64,000 nucleotides of DNA from Diadema antillarum. Its lineage: Eukaryota. The stretch lies in contig NW_027271056.1 of assembly GCF_040938485.1 (NCBI RefSeq), positions 3,410,001-3,474,000 of the forward strand, in the 5' to 3' direction. A model generated the notes under the pieces. It searched no databases. It worked only from the letters and a program-made list of their open reading frames with translations, and was not told where the DNA came from. Positions 1-12,800 of this stretch are shown here, in pieces. Both the position numbers and the translations under genes were made by a program. Positions within the stretch are counted from its first letter, which is position 1. Every line of letters begins with the position of its first letter.

Positions 1-743
1 TATGCACTGGTAGGAAGCTATCAAACTTATGCTTAAGCTGTAGCTCCTCTGATCTCCTCCATTTCTATCTGTGTCTGTCAATATTTAGAGTTAAATTGTG
101 GGTTTATGACATTGCCTCAGGACTGCTGTTTTGTATGACTAGACAGTCTTGTCAGTGAATTGTATAAGACAAACTAGTCATGCATTTTCTTGTGTGATCA
201 AAATGAGGAACCACGGAAAAAAAACCCCACACAAACGTACTAGCTGTCTGGTATCAAATAACTAATAAATGTTACAATGTGTTTACGAAGTCATGGCTTT
301 GGTTACTATAATCATTGACATAAAGCTAGAGATGTGTTGTATTCATCCCATACATGATTGCTGATTAACCTTTGCTTTACAGTTTGCAACTGATTGACAA
401 ATTGCCCCACATTGACATAAATAAGCGCTGAATTGATCGGTGTTTTGTTTTTGTTTTTTTTGGTAATAGCCATGATAAAAGAAATCATGGGTGTACGTGA
501 CATCTCGATAGAAGAATTTCATGAATTTGAATAGTCTACAGTTTGTGTGTTGACAAGAAAAAACTTTGCAAAATAAGATAAGGCATTGGAGACTTATTCT
601 TCTGTAGTTTATGTTCTATTGTGGCTATGGGGGAAGTTGAGTTGAGTTTTGAAAGCATTAATGTCAATCATTTGTCCATGTTCTCGATGTGACTGTCATT
701 ATGATTAGTTTTGTTCTCATTATTTTTCTTTCTCTGACTGCAG

Positions 744-857
744 TGGTTTGGTAATCTGGTCACCATGGAGTGGTGGAATGATCTATGGCTAAATGAAGGC
801 TTTGCAACATTTGTCGAGTACATCGGGGCTAATCATTTTCAGCCAGATTGGCATATG
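744..857 (+). CDS. Aminopeptidase exon ([38 protein letters not shown])
   Basis: cag acceptor 741-743, gtgaga donor at 858; 114 nt, phase 0/0. Confidence 0.97.
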
Positions 858-3804
858 GTGAGAGCTTTCATCTTCTTTATGTGGTCATCTTCTTTTACGA
901 CAACTTAAGTGGACAACTTTTTGCAGAGTAAGATAAGTCAGCTTGTGGCTATTGCTGACTAGCTGTCTTGAAGATGAGTGTATAACTGGCATTTGTAGTG
1001 ATGTCATCGCACAGACTCTTTTCCCATTGACAAATCTTCAGTTCAAACAGGATAATTGCCTTATGCTGATTAACCACCCAATTGCCTCATGATAGTTAGT
1101 GTGAGCACTAATTGCATTATGCTAATTACCCAGAGGTGTTAGGTGCTAAATGGAGAATAGAGATAGAGACTGCGCTTTCTTATAATAAAAGGATGGTTTT
1201 GGTTGTGATTGGGATTCAGCTTTTTCATGTTTTGCAGGATAATTAGAAACCACTTATGACATATTAAAGAGCATACAATTCTAAAAGGAAGTCAAAGTTT
1301 AGTTGATGAAAATCAATTTTGAAATGGCTGTAATATCCAAAACAGTTAAAGGAAGCAATCCTACTAAAAGGTGGATCCCACCTTTAAGCAAAATCTCTAT
1401 CTGTTAAGCTCATGGGTGTATGCAAGGGGGGGTCGGGAGGGTCGTACGACCCCCCCAAATTTTCAAGAGGTCCACTTTTTGTAAAAGACATTTTTTTGAG
1501 GGCTTTTTACTCTATATAGGCCTACAACAGGAAAAAAAAAAGTGACCAGGTGGTGTTCCAGCAAATTGTCAAAGACCTCGTAAATTTCGTAACTTAGTTT
1601 TAGTATGCCATAATTTACCTTATTTCTAAGCTGCACTGCCATGCCGAAAAAGTCACTTTTGTATGCGCCAAATTGCCCCATTTTAAGATATAGAATTCAA
1701 AAACTCCCTACCGTGGAAGGGGGGACACCCCCCTCCCACACCCTCCCCCCGCTCGGTCGCTCCGCTCCCTCGCAAAGGTAAAGGTCCAAAAATTTTGGTT
1801 ACGACCCCCCCAGAAAAAATCCTGGATACACCCCTGTGTTAAGCTCTTTGTAGTGTCCTTGCTTTATATCTATTGCTTTGCCAAATTTTAAAAAAGCTCC
1901 TCCTCCCAACCTAATTGCAAAGCTTATGAAGACTCCCTTGATAATATCATTGACAGTATCCAATTCTTGATTGGTTAACATTCATGATTTCTTTCCTCAT
2001 TGTAATAATATGTAAAGGGACTTGAAACTTTAACAAGATGATCCCTGAAGCAGCTCTTTCCAAACTAAACTGGGATGGGATGTGCTGGGACAGTAGTTAA
2101 TGGTGCAGTCAATATGACAACATTTTCACGTGTTGATAAAATTCGTAGTCCAACAGTGAATCGCAAAATTTGCAAAAATAAAACCCTCATGAAAATAACA
2201 GCTTAAAGGGACTGTACAGTACTGGTTGAGGTGGGGATTCATGTTTTGAACATTCCTAAGTGAGATAATGAAAAGCCTCTTATGAAAAATGAAAGAGCAT
2301 GTAATTTTAAGAAGGATTCAACGTTTATTTGATGAAAATTGGTTTTCAAATGGCTGAGATATCCAAAAAAGTGTTAATAATAAAAGGCGACATGCCACAA
2401 CTTTAATAGGATCTCTTCATTTCACCTTGTTTATGAATATCTCACCCATTTCAAAACCGATTTACATCATGCTCTTTGACATCTCATTAGAGTGGTTTCT
2501 GAATATCTCGCAAAACGTTAAAAGCTAAATCCTCACCTCGACCAGAACTGTACGCACCCTTTAATATACAGTATCATAAATATTCATATTTCTATTGTCG
2601 TACGTAACTCATGCACCCAGATATTGTCTGATGAATCAGTCTTGTTCTTAATCCTTCTTATGTATAGATGGACATGTTTATACTGGATTCAACCCACGCA
2701 GCAATGGGAGAGGACCAGCTTGCCAACTCACACCCCATCTCAGTCCCCGTGAACAACCCAGATGAGATCAGTGAAATCTTTGATGCCATTTCTTACAGCA
2801 AGGTGAGTAGAGAAATACACGTACCGGTGTCATGACTCTCTTATCATTGGTGGAGTCAATGTAAACTTCTTTTTCATCAGTCATCCGATGGTAATCCTCC
2901 CCCCACCCCATTCTTTCTTCTTATTACCTCCGCCAAGGGAGGAGGTTATGTTTTCGTTACCGTTGGTTTGTTTGTTAGTTCGTTCGTTCGTTTGTCCGTG
3001 TGCAAAATAACTCAAAAAGTAGTTAACGGTTTGGGATGAAACTTGCAAGAAAGGTTGAGAATGACACAAGTAACAAACGATTAACTTTTGGTAGTGATCC
3101 GAGAATTTTGGGGGAATTTATGAAGGATTTTGGATATATTGGCAGGTAGGGTCAATGAACTTGGGAGTTCAGGCTGCACGTATTTGAGGTTTGCATGCGC
3201 GCACTAAAGTGCGTGCTCTAGTTTCTGCTAGGGCGAGGCGCGCCGTACAGCTGAGGGTTTATGACGTAACAAAGGCTTCTATATTGGGAAATTGGGCGAC
3301 TTTTAGCACACAATGCTATCAGTACGTATACTGTACAGTATAGGTGGAAATCATTGATATCTCTAATAGAAGAACAAGATCAGTGGTGGAAATGAGCTGC
3401 ATGCTTGGCGGAGGTCTGCGCTCTCAGAGTGCTTCTCTAGTTTTGTTTTTGTTTTTTGTTCGTTTGTTTTTTGAAAATGTTTTCATAAGTAGACTTTTAT
3501 TCATTCTGCCAGTTACTTGACTTTATGAAATAAAGAGAGAAAACTAGCGCTTAATATTTGAAACAGATTGAAGATAGATGGAGAGATGTGCCTGATAGGG
3601 TACAGTACTTTCACCTGCAACATATTTTTCAGTTTCTAAATTAGTTTCAGCTGCTGCTTTGAAGGGGCAGTTCATTATATAATGCATTAATCTTTGTATG
3701 TCCTACAATGTACTTGTTTAGAAACAAGAGCGTAAAAAATCACATAATTTCATTGTAATAAACCAAACAAAGAGTAATTTGTCTTCATCATTGGGAAGCT
3801 ATTT

Positions 3805-3849
<45 letters not shown>

Positions 3850-6800
3850 GGAGAGAAAAGAGTTGAATTCCCAATGATACAGTCATGATATAGATGCATA
3901 ACATTGAATGTTACAAGAATAGCAACTAAACAATATCTCTACACGGATAGGTGCCTCTACTTAGTTATGCCAGTCACAGTGCAGCAGACTTCTAGACAGG
4001 TCCAGATTTTCAATTGATCACCAGAGTCAATTTGCAGCCAAAATGGTCATGTCTGTGAGACATTTATGGTTATATGATTCTCTGGTGATAGAAGGGCTGC
4101 AGGAGGGATTGTGTCGTCATATCCCACCTCCCTGGTAATATACAGCAATTTAACGGCATGTGGCATACTTCTGAGTGGATATAGATGAGTTTTAGTAGTA
4201 AATGAACGGCATGCTACATGTGATGCATGACATCACCAGTGATAAATGATATACTCTAAAAGTGGAAATTTGTGTGATGTAGAAATTGTCATACATTTTG
4301 CGCGACCAGAAATGAGCACAAAAATAAAAGTACTTGCATATTCCTGCTTGCTATTTCTAACAGTATTTACTGTTTTGATTCTGCGGGATTAAAAACTTGA
4401 AATTCATCTTATCGGGCAGAGCACCAAAAAACAAAATATATATAAAGTAAGAAATTACTCAGGCAAAAATGTCCACTTTCACAGTAGTAGTAGATGACAG
4501 TGTGTACAAAACCCTCTACAGTCTTGCATAACACACAATACAGCACAGACAAGGATTAGAAGCACAGGAGAAATGACATAGTAGACACTGACAGACCAAT
4601 TTGTGTCTCTGACCAAGTTTTTGACACGTTGCCTCGTCTTGAGTTCAGGGAGCCACCATCCTGAAGATGCTGCAGAGCTTCCTGATGAAAGGATCCCAGG
4701 ACATCATGATGCAGGGCATCCAGGCCTACCTCAAGAAATACAAGTTTAGCAACGCCAAGACCGCGGACCTCTGGGCCTCCATCTCAGAGGTGACTGCACT
4801 TTTGTCTGCTTTTTTTAAATTGACGTTGGTCGGAGAGAGCGGGGTGCCTTTCTAAGAGATGGATTCCGTTCTAAATTAGTGGCAAAATGAGAATGAAATT
4901 GGGACATGCCAGGTAGTAAAGAGTTTGAAGGAAATCACTTTCCTCTCATGGTAGATCCATCTGCTAGAGTCTAACAAGATATTGATGACACTTTTTTTTT
5001 CTTCCTACGGAAATATGTATCGGAAATGGATGTGAGGTGCACCATCACAACATTTCGATGTGGACAGGTTTTAGATGTGTTTCAAGGAAACATGACAATT
5101 TCACGCACTGTTCAGGCATAGTCTCTCTCATAAACTGTGTTTATATGAAGTATACAATGATGTGATAAATTTTCAGAGACCCAAAATATCCCTAGGTATA
5201 ATTGAATGTTATAATGAGAAATATTCTATTGAATAGTTGCCTTTTTTTTCAGAAGCTCTAAATGTGTTTGTGTTGGATGGGAGTGGGTGGGTGTTAGAGG
5301 TTGGATAGGGGTTTGAGGAGAATAATTCAAACTTATTATTTCAAATTTCTTTTCCAGTAAATATTTATGAGTAATGTTATGCTAGTACTTTTATGTGTGA
5401 CCCTTTATTCTGACATCAGATATCATTGTTTTCCTTTTTCATGACATTCATTTATTTGCACATGGTAGCTACCACTCCAAACCAGAAATATCTCCCAACT
5501 TTATTTTCACCAAATAGTAGCACTTGCACAAGTGAGCAAAAGACACTAAACAATGTCAAAAAACAAAATCCTGACTATTTCAACAAATTACAACGATCCA
5601 CTAAACACACTAAATTGTGAATTTTTTTCTAACAAAGTAGGGTGATCCACCAAACATACTCAATTCATTGTCAAAACTGAATGCTGCCCTCTATGTCACA
5701 ATCCTCTAAAGGTTATTGCCATCATGCCACAGACACTGATTTCCATTCAATGTGGATCGTGAATTCCCCTCCTCTTCCATGCTAGGTGGCGAGCAGGGCG
5801 CAGAGCGGCAAAGGCGTGGATGTGGCAGAAATGATGGACACGTGGACACTCCAGATGGGCTTCCCCATGATCAACATGACACATAGGGGGTCAAAGGTCA
5901 CCGTCACCCAGCAGCGGTTTCTGATCTACCCCAGAGGCGAGCCGTCTCCGGAGTTTAATTCAACCTATGGGTGAGCTCCCACCTGTGACTCCATGCATAG
6001 TGGGTGCATTTTTACCTCTGTCAAGGCTGGAGTTTATGTTTTCATTTGTGTTGGTTTGTCTGTTTGCAAAATAACTCAAAAAGTTGAGAATGCATTTGAA
6101 TGAAACTTGCAGGAAAAGTTGATAATGACACGAGGAACAGATGATTGACTTTTGGTAGTGATCCGAGAAATTTTTGAGGGATTTTTTTAAGCGTATTGCA
6201 GACAGGGTCAATGAACTTAGTGGAAGAGTTCAAGCTGCGTGTATTTGAGGTTTGAGGTTCTAAGCATGTGCGCTGCTCAGGCGAGATGTAGATGGAAGCT
6301 GATGACATATACAAAAGGCTTTATATCGGGAATTTGGTCGATTTTCTGCATGCGTGTGTGGGTGGAAATGAGCTGCTTGAACGAGGTCTGCGCTCTTCGA
6401 GTGCTTTTCTAGTCAGTATTGCTTTAACTCCAGACCTGATTGAATACAGAACAAGGATTGATGATGATGATGATGATAGTAATATAGTTCTAGTGTCCAT
6501 AGGTGGGTAGGATATTTGCCATTTGAGTTGACACCTTTCCTGTAATTGTAATGAGAATAAGGGACTAACCTAAAAACCCCAGTGAAGTGTGTTTCAATTA
6601 CCTGAGGTATCTGTTACTGAAGAAATAAAGATTTATATGTGTAGATTCAGTATAGCCGTGTCTCAGTACTCATTGTTGGATGCAATGTATGGAAATAAGC
6701 ACAATGCATTATTATTATCCTTTAAGTTAGTGACCCTCACTCCAGAAGAATACTAGTAAAATGTCTACTTTTGAGTTGATATCCATCATTTCCACCATCT

Positions 6801-9800
6801 TCATGTCTTCTAACCAGCATCATCCAGAAACCAAGAGAACCAATAAAATCTGGGAAGGTTTCCGTAGCGGTAGAACAGTTGGTAGTAAAAGGCTTAACGG
6901 TGCACCACATATTCTTTCTTGGGTATGCATGTGGCCCTGAAAAGGACCTACCAACTCCCAACATTAAGGTAAGCATGTTCTTACCCTTTTCTCTTGAAAA
7001 TGGTAAGAATATGCTTACTGAAACATCAAGAGAACCAAGTTGAGGTTTAAAAAAATGTGCTGGATTTGAACACGAACACATTCCGCTTCTACCTGTAGCG
7101 TATGCTGCTAAATTATTATCCTGTCTGTTCCTCATGACATCACTTGCATTTTCTCTTTCAGATATAAGTGGATTGTTCCTTTAACCTACTTCACAGCTTC
7201 CAATGTCTCCAATGTACGGACAGAGATTCTCCATACAGACCAGGGTATGATTCAATTAAAGCTAAGATTATGTTTAATGCCATGAATGATGAATATGATG
7301 GACCTAGCCACTGTAAAGTATTTTCTTGATCACTGTATGAAAATACAATCACAAACAGAGTGAAGTTACAATAACTGTAATGACTTGTCTCCAAAAACTT
7401 TGTTGCAAGATGAAAAGCTGATCAAGTTATGTCAGTCTCGGCAGGGCTCGACACTAACTTTTTGTCTGGTGACACTTTTGGGCCACTGAAATCTTTAAAT
7501 GTGAAATTTTGGTGACCTGAAAAAGATATGTAGCGGCCCAAAATGAGAGCAAAGTAACAATCCATTTGAAACCTTAGTTGCCCAATCGGGTCACCATAAG
7601 ATAGATTTGGTGGCCCGACACAAATATTTAGTGGCCCCTTGCCAAGGGACCACCACTAATGTTGAGCCCTGGTTATGGAGAGGTTAAGGAAAATATTATC
7701 ATTACATTTGAATTGATTAGAGATGTCACCATTGTCCTCTTTATTTCTGTTCAATGCAGCTTCGACTGTCTTAAACATTGGTGATGAGAAGTGGTTCAAG
7801 GCCAACTCGGAACAGTCGGGCATGTACCGTGTCAATTACGATGATGCTTCATGGAGGACTCTCATCAGTGTGCTGCTGAAACATCGTGAGGATATCCCCA
7901 AACCGGCCGACCGGGCCAGTCTCATCGATGATGCATTCCATTTGGCGTGGTGTGTACACCCCCCCCCCCCCCCCCCCCACTAACACACACCTTAACCATG
8001 CCTCCTCGTGGGCATACAATCTCTCCTCATCCCTCCCATGCTCCTCCTCCTCCTCCACTCCTCCTCCTTCCTAAACTAGACCCTCCAAAATCTCCATCAT
8101 CATTGCATGTCACAGGCCTTCCCTCATCCTTGCCCTGCACCCTGGAAATCATCTCTATTCCTCATCTCTGACTCAGACATGTTCAGGGGCAGATCCAGGA
8201 ATTCCAAAAAGAGGGGGCACCAAAAATATTTCTGGTGCCACTTCTGGGATTCATCGGCTGACAAAAATGAAAAAACAAACAAACAATAAAAGGCAATTTC
8301 TGCTGCCACTACAATCACCTGGCAATGACGATTTCTTCAAAAATTAAAGGGGGGGGGGGGCACCTGCACCCCTTTTATTTTTTTTTTTCTTTTCATTTCT
8401 TTTGTTAAATTTCATCCCAGATCCCTCACCCTTTCCCTGGTCATAGCTTTAGTCCCCTTCTCTGTCCTTAAACTGATCCTTCTCCCCATCAGTTAGCCAC
8501 ATCTGCCCCTCACCGTCTAAAACCCAAAGTTCCTACACCATTTCCTCCCATCCCTTACCAAATGTCATCCCCTCCTCTACTCTAAGCCACACCCCTCCAT
8601 AAGTCCCTGTCCTAATAATGTCCCAACAATATTCACAGCTCGGACACACTTTATATTTGTGCTGTTAAAAAGCGTAGCGATATATATGGCACCTTTCTTT
8701 TTAACTTAATTATGTTTTCACAAGAATTGCAAACAACAACAGGGAGAGGCTGGATGTTTCTTCCAGTCAGTGTAAGATTATCATTGATATTGTCGAATTT
8801 TTCTAATAGAAATATCCATCTACACAGCAATAATATCACTACAGTCCGACCTCTTCTATACAACCTACCTTTATCCCGATCTCTCTATTATGCAGAGGCG
8901 ATCTCGCCGTGGATTTTTTTTTTTCAATGTAAAAATTATGGAGAAAGGGGGATTCCAAACTCAGACAAAATTCCTGCACAAACTCACATGAATTACTTAT
9001 CTTTCCCAACATAATTAACATACATTCACATCCAATTTCATCTAAATAACATGCATTCAGACATTCACTACCCTCAAATCACAGCAAGAACATGGACAGA
9101 AAGCTTTTCATTAAATCAGGGCACATGCGACCATTCATTGAGCAAATTATCAGAAAATTGTGAATGCAGACCAGCTGACAAGGATGTGACATGTTAACAC
9201 AAAATTGATTCATTAATATTTAGCTACCACTGGGTACGCAGCTGCATATATTAAACTTTGAGTCTCCTGTATCCTGCCAAATCCCTTATCCAGATGAGCG
9301 CAGGGCCTGACATGTCCTGATAGGAGAGTTCGGACTGTATTATTCTGCGAGTCATTATCTTTGCAGTGACGGCTAAAACTGCGTGTGTTAAAAATCAGAT
9401 TATTTCATTTTACAAGGTATACTCTGTGAAATTGGGATGCCCAGATTTGCAAAGCCGTGCCATGTTCATATAAGATTGTCTCAGCAGAAGGGCTTTAAGT
9501 CCAGGAATTTCTAGTTTAGTGACAGAGAAAAAAAAGACAAATCAGACTAAAGCCTGTTTATTGTAATACAATGTGCATTACGTGTAGACTGATGATTGCC
9601 TGGTTTATTCCCCCTGAAGGGCAGGGTATGTTGACTACTCTGTACCACTGGACTTGATGGGGTATATGGAACATGAGGTGGAGTATGTTCCCCTCGTCAC
9701 AGCCCTGGGTAACCTCGGTATGATCGGAGATGTGCTGTACGGAAGAGAGGGTTATTCTTACTTTAAGGTGTGTACACAATTAAAGGACAAGTCCACCTTC

Positions 9801-12800
9801 ATGTACATGTGGATTGAGTGAATGCAACAATATTAGTAGAACACATCAGTGAAAGTTTGGGGAAAATCCGACAGTCCATTCCAAAGTTATGAAATTTTAA
9901 AGTATCTGCGCAGTCAGTGCTGGATAAGAAGACTTACTACAGTGTATGATGTCACATGCGTACAACGATATGAGGAAAATAAAAGGAGAATTTCACAAAA
10001 CTTTACTTTTTGAATAAAGTGCACATTTCTTCAACTTGTTACTGACGTATGTTAAGGGTAATATTATTCCCCCTGCTTTCTGAAAGAGAAAAGTCAAATG
10101 TTCTTTTGTTATGTGAAAAAAAGTGAAAATATGGTGAATTTTCTTTATTTTTTCTTTATATCGTAAACATGTGATATCACTTGTTATAGTAGTCTTCTCA
10201 TCCAGCCATAACTGAGCTGAAACTTCAAAAATTTGTAACTTTTGAACAGATTAAATGAAAGAAAGATATCATTCAGAGGGGTGAAGGTTCCGGTGTGAGT
10301 TTCTTCAGTTTGTCTCCCTCTACAAATTGAATTTATTAAGATCGCAATTGCTGATCTGTAAATTAATAAACATGTCGGAAAAAAGGAACCAGTGGGACTC
10401 GAACCAGTCATCTACTGCTCTCTGGGCAGCGACACTACCACCAGGCTGTCCCTGGTTGCCGGCAGTGACACGATGAACATGGAACAAATACCCAATCTCC
10501 AAAATTCCAACATTGTTATGTTAATTAGTCCAAGACGGACAAGGCATAGGATAGATGAAAGAAAGAACAGATTGAACAGATTTTTAATGATTTTGAACGG
10601 ATTGTCCGATTTTCCTCAAACTCTCACTGATGTGTTCTACTAATATTGCTGCATTCACTCCACCCACATGTCTATGAAGGTGAACTTGTCCTTAAAATAT
10701 CTCCTTATCCTCACCTTGACTGTGTCTTTTCACACAATGTGACCCATTGCCCCTAGCATCTGATTTTGTTACTTTTGAATTGTCAGGAGTCTAAACATTC
10801 GAGTGGTATCTGAGTTGTCCCATTTTATTACCAAAAGCCTTCCGCACACATGGTGAGAAAGGTGGCTTCTAAGTTAAAATACTGTAGTTTTGCCTTGAAG
10901 TGTAGATTTAGTCAAGCAGGCAGGAAAGATTTTGACATTCAAAGATATAGAATATATTTGAAATTTTAAAAAATAATAATAATCACTTATACTGTATTGA
11001 AACAGAATAGTTCTGAATTCAAAACATTTGTAAATTCAGTGTTTGGATAAGAGGTAGTCGAAGTAGTAATGCTAAAAAAGCTGGAGGGTGGAATTCCTTT
11101 CATTTTTTCTTTATTTCGAACTACTGGTGTGTTTTCTCCTAGGATTATGTCATCCAGCTCTTCGATGGAATTATTCAGAGGCTAGGTCGGGAGGATACGG
11201 GACCACATCTAGACAGGTACAGAGCAGTGTCGTTTTTAACTCACTCTTTAAAACAAAAAAGAAAATGAGACTGGCTGACTCATGTAATGTGGTCAAAAGG
11301 CAGTGAAAATTTGTTTCTGTCATCCATAAAATGCCTTTGATGAAAGAAGTATTGTACCAAGTACAATTGTACATTGTTTCTTGCATTGGTATTATAATTA
11401 GTCTGGCCATCATGAGCATGTGATCTTTGAACTGATGACTTGGAAGATGGCCCAGAAAAGGTGTCTGGTGGAGGTATATTGTATTGCAGTCATGTGGCTG
11501 GGAGTTTTCTGGCTCAAGCAAGTGTAGCGTCAAGTGTGGAGACGCAAACTATCATTTTCACCACCACATTGGACGTACAAAAATTAGATATCACTAAAAA
11601 GATTCATCTGATTGGAATGCCAACTCAATAAAAGTTCATTTTGTCACAATAAGTTGCAAATTACCTGTTTGATTAGACTTTCACCTTCTGGATCTGTAGG
11701 CTTCTTCAAATCAAACACTGTGAGAGAGTTGTTTTCCCACCAGGTGACGTAGCTGGGGCACGCCTGTCCGAGAGAATGGGATGGTAGATAGAGGAAAGTG
11801 TTCCATCCTAGCCAGAGACTCTGTAAAAACCTCACAAAGGATAAGGGAAGCCATCCACATTCGCAAACAACAAGGAAAAACTTCCAACCGAGACCTGGGA
11901 CAATACTCACTTTCCTCAATATACGATCCCATTCTCTCAGATCGGCATGCCCCAGCTATGTCTACTAGTGGGAAAACAACTCTCTTACAGCGTTTGATCT
12001 GAAGAAGCCGGCAGATCCATTAGGCAAGAGTCTAATCAAACAGCTAATTTGCAACTGATTGTGACAAAATGAACTTTTGTCCAAGAAGTGGATATGTAGA
12101 GATGTAATGCCTCGCAGCCAGTGGGGTGTGTTCATGTGGGAGTGGGGGTGGTACACATGTAGTATAATGCATAAACGTGGAATGTAGCCAGTGACTTTGG
12201 GAGTGTGATTGTTAAGAAGCACTTGAAAAAAACCTCTATGAAAACTGTTTCAATTCTCACATTGCATCTATAAAGAGATTGTGCATCTTGTGTTAATAGT
12301 ACCCATCAATTATCATGTGGTACTGTAAAAGTTGATATTTTCGCTCAACTAATTTTTCGCGCTTGTTTTTAATTCCGCGTAATCGAGACATCAAGTACAA
12401 GAACATAGGGCAAACAGAAAATATTCACATGCTTTTATTTTCGCACTAGTTTCTGGTTGCGCAAAATGCGAGAAAATTATCCATGTTTACAGTATACAGA
12501 TCTATGTTAAGAATTACCAGATGAGATGAAACATGATATTGATGCTATGTAAATACAGTAACACTGCCCTCTTGAAATGCTTTCCGGTGGTTTGGATGTA
12601 TTGATTGGATTGTCACGTTATACGTACATGTATGGTATCATACTAGGAAACTACGATACAGTCACAAACCTCTATATGTCTTGCATAAATGATGTTTAAT
12701 ACCGGTATATGGTTGTTTGTTTGTTTGTTTGTTTTTTCAATTGACTTGACTCCTGACTTTCTTTCCACTTTTGGACTGACCCAGATTGCTCCGTCTAAGA

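Larger units (their letters stand above)
11630..12078 (+). mobile_element. Penelope-like retroelement (PLE) 3' relic with inverted terminal duplication
   Basis: ORF 11781-12002 encodes ILARD...[11 protein letters not shown]...[17 protein letters not shown], the C-terminal part of a PLE GIY-YIG endonuclease; 11630-11782 is the reverse complement of 11926-12078 (20 mismatches in 153 nt, no gaps). Confidence 0.88.

Noticed and set aside
6969-7018. 17-bp inverted repeat GTAAGCATGTTCTTACC / GGTAAGAATATGCTTAC in an intron
   Set aside because: Single short AT-rich hairpin, no TSD or second copy seen; too weak to interpret.
10385-10459. Functional tRNA gene (AGA anticodon)
   Set aside because: T-stem is broken, position 33 is C, and there is no long variable arm as expected for Ser; treated as a tRNA-derived repeat.
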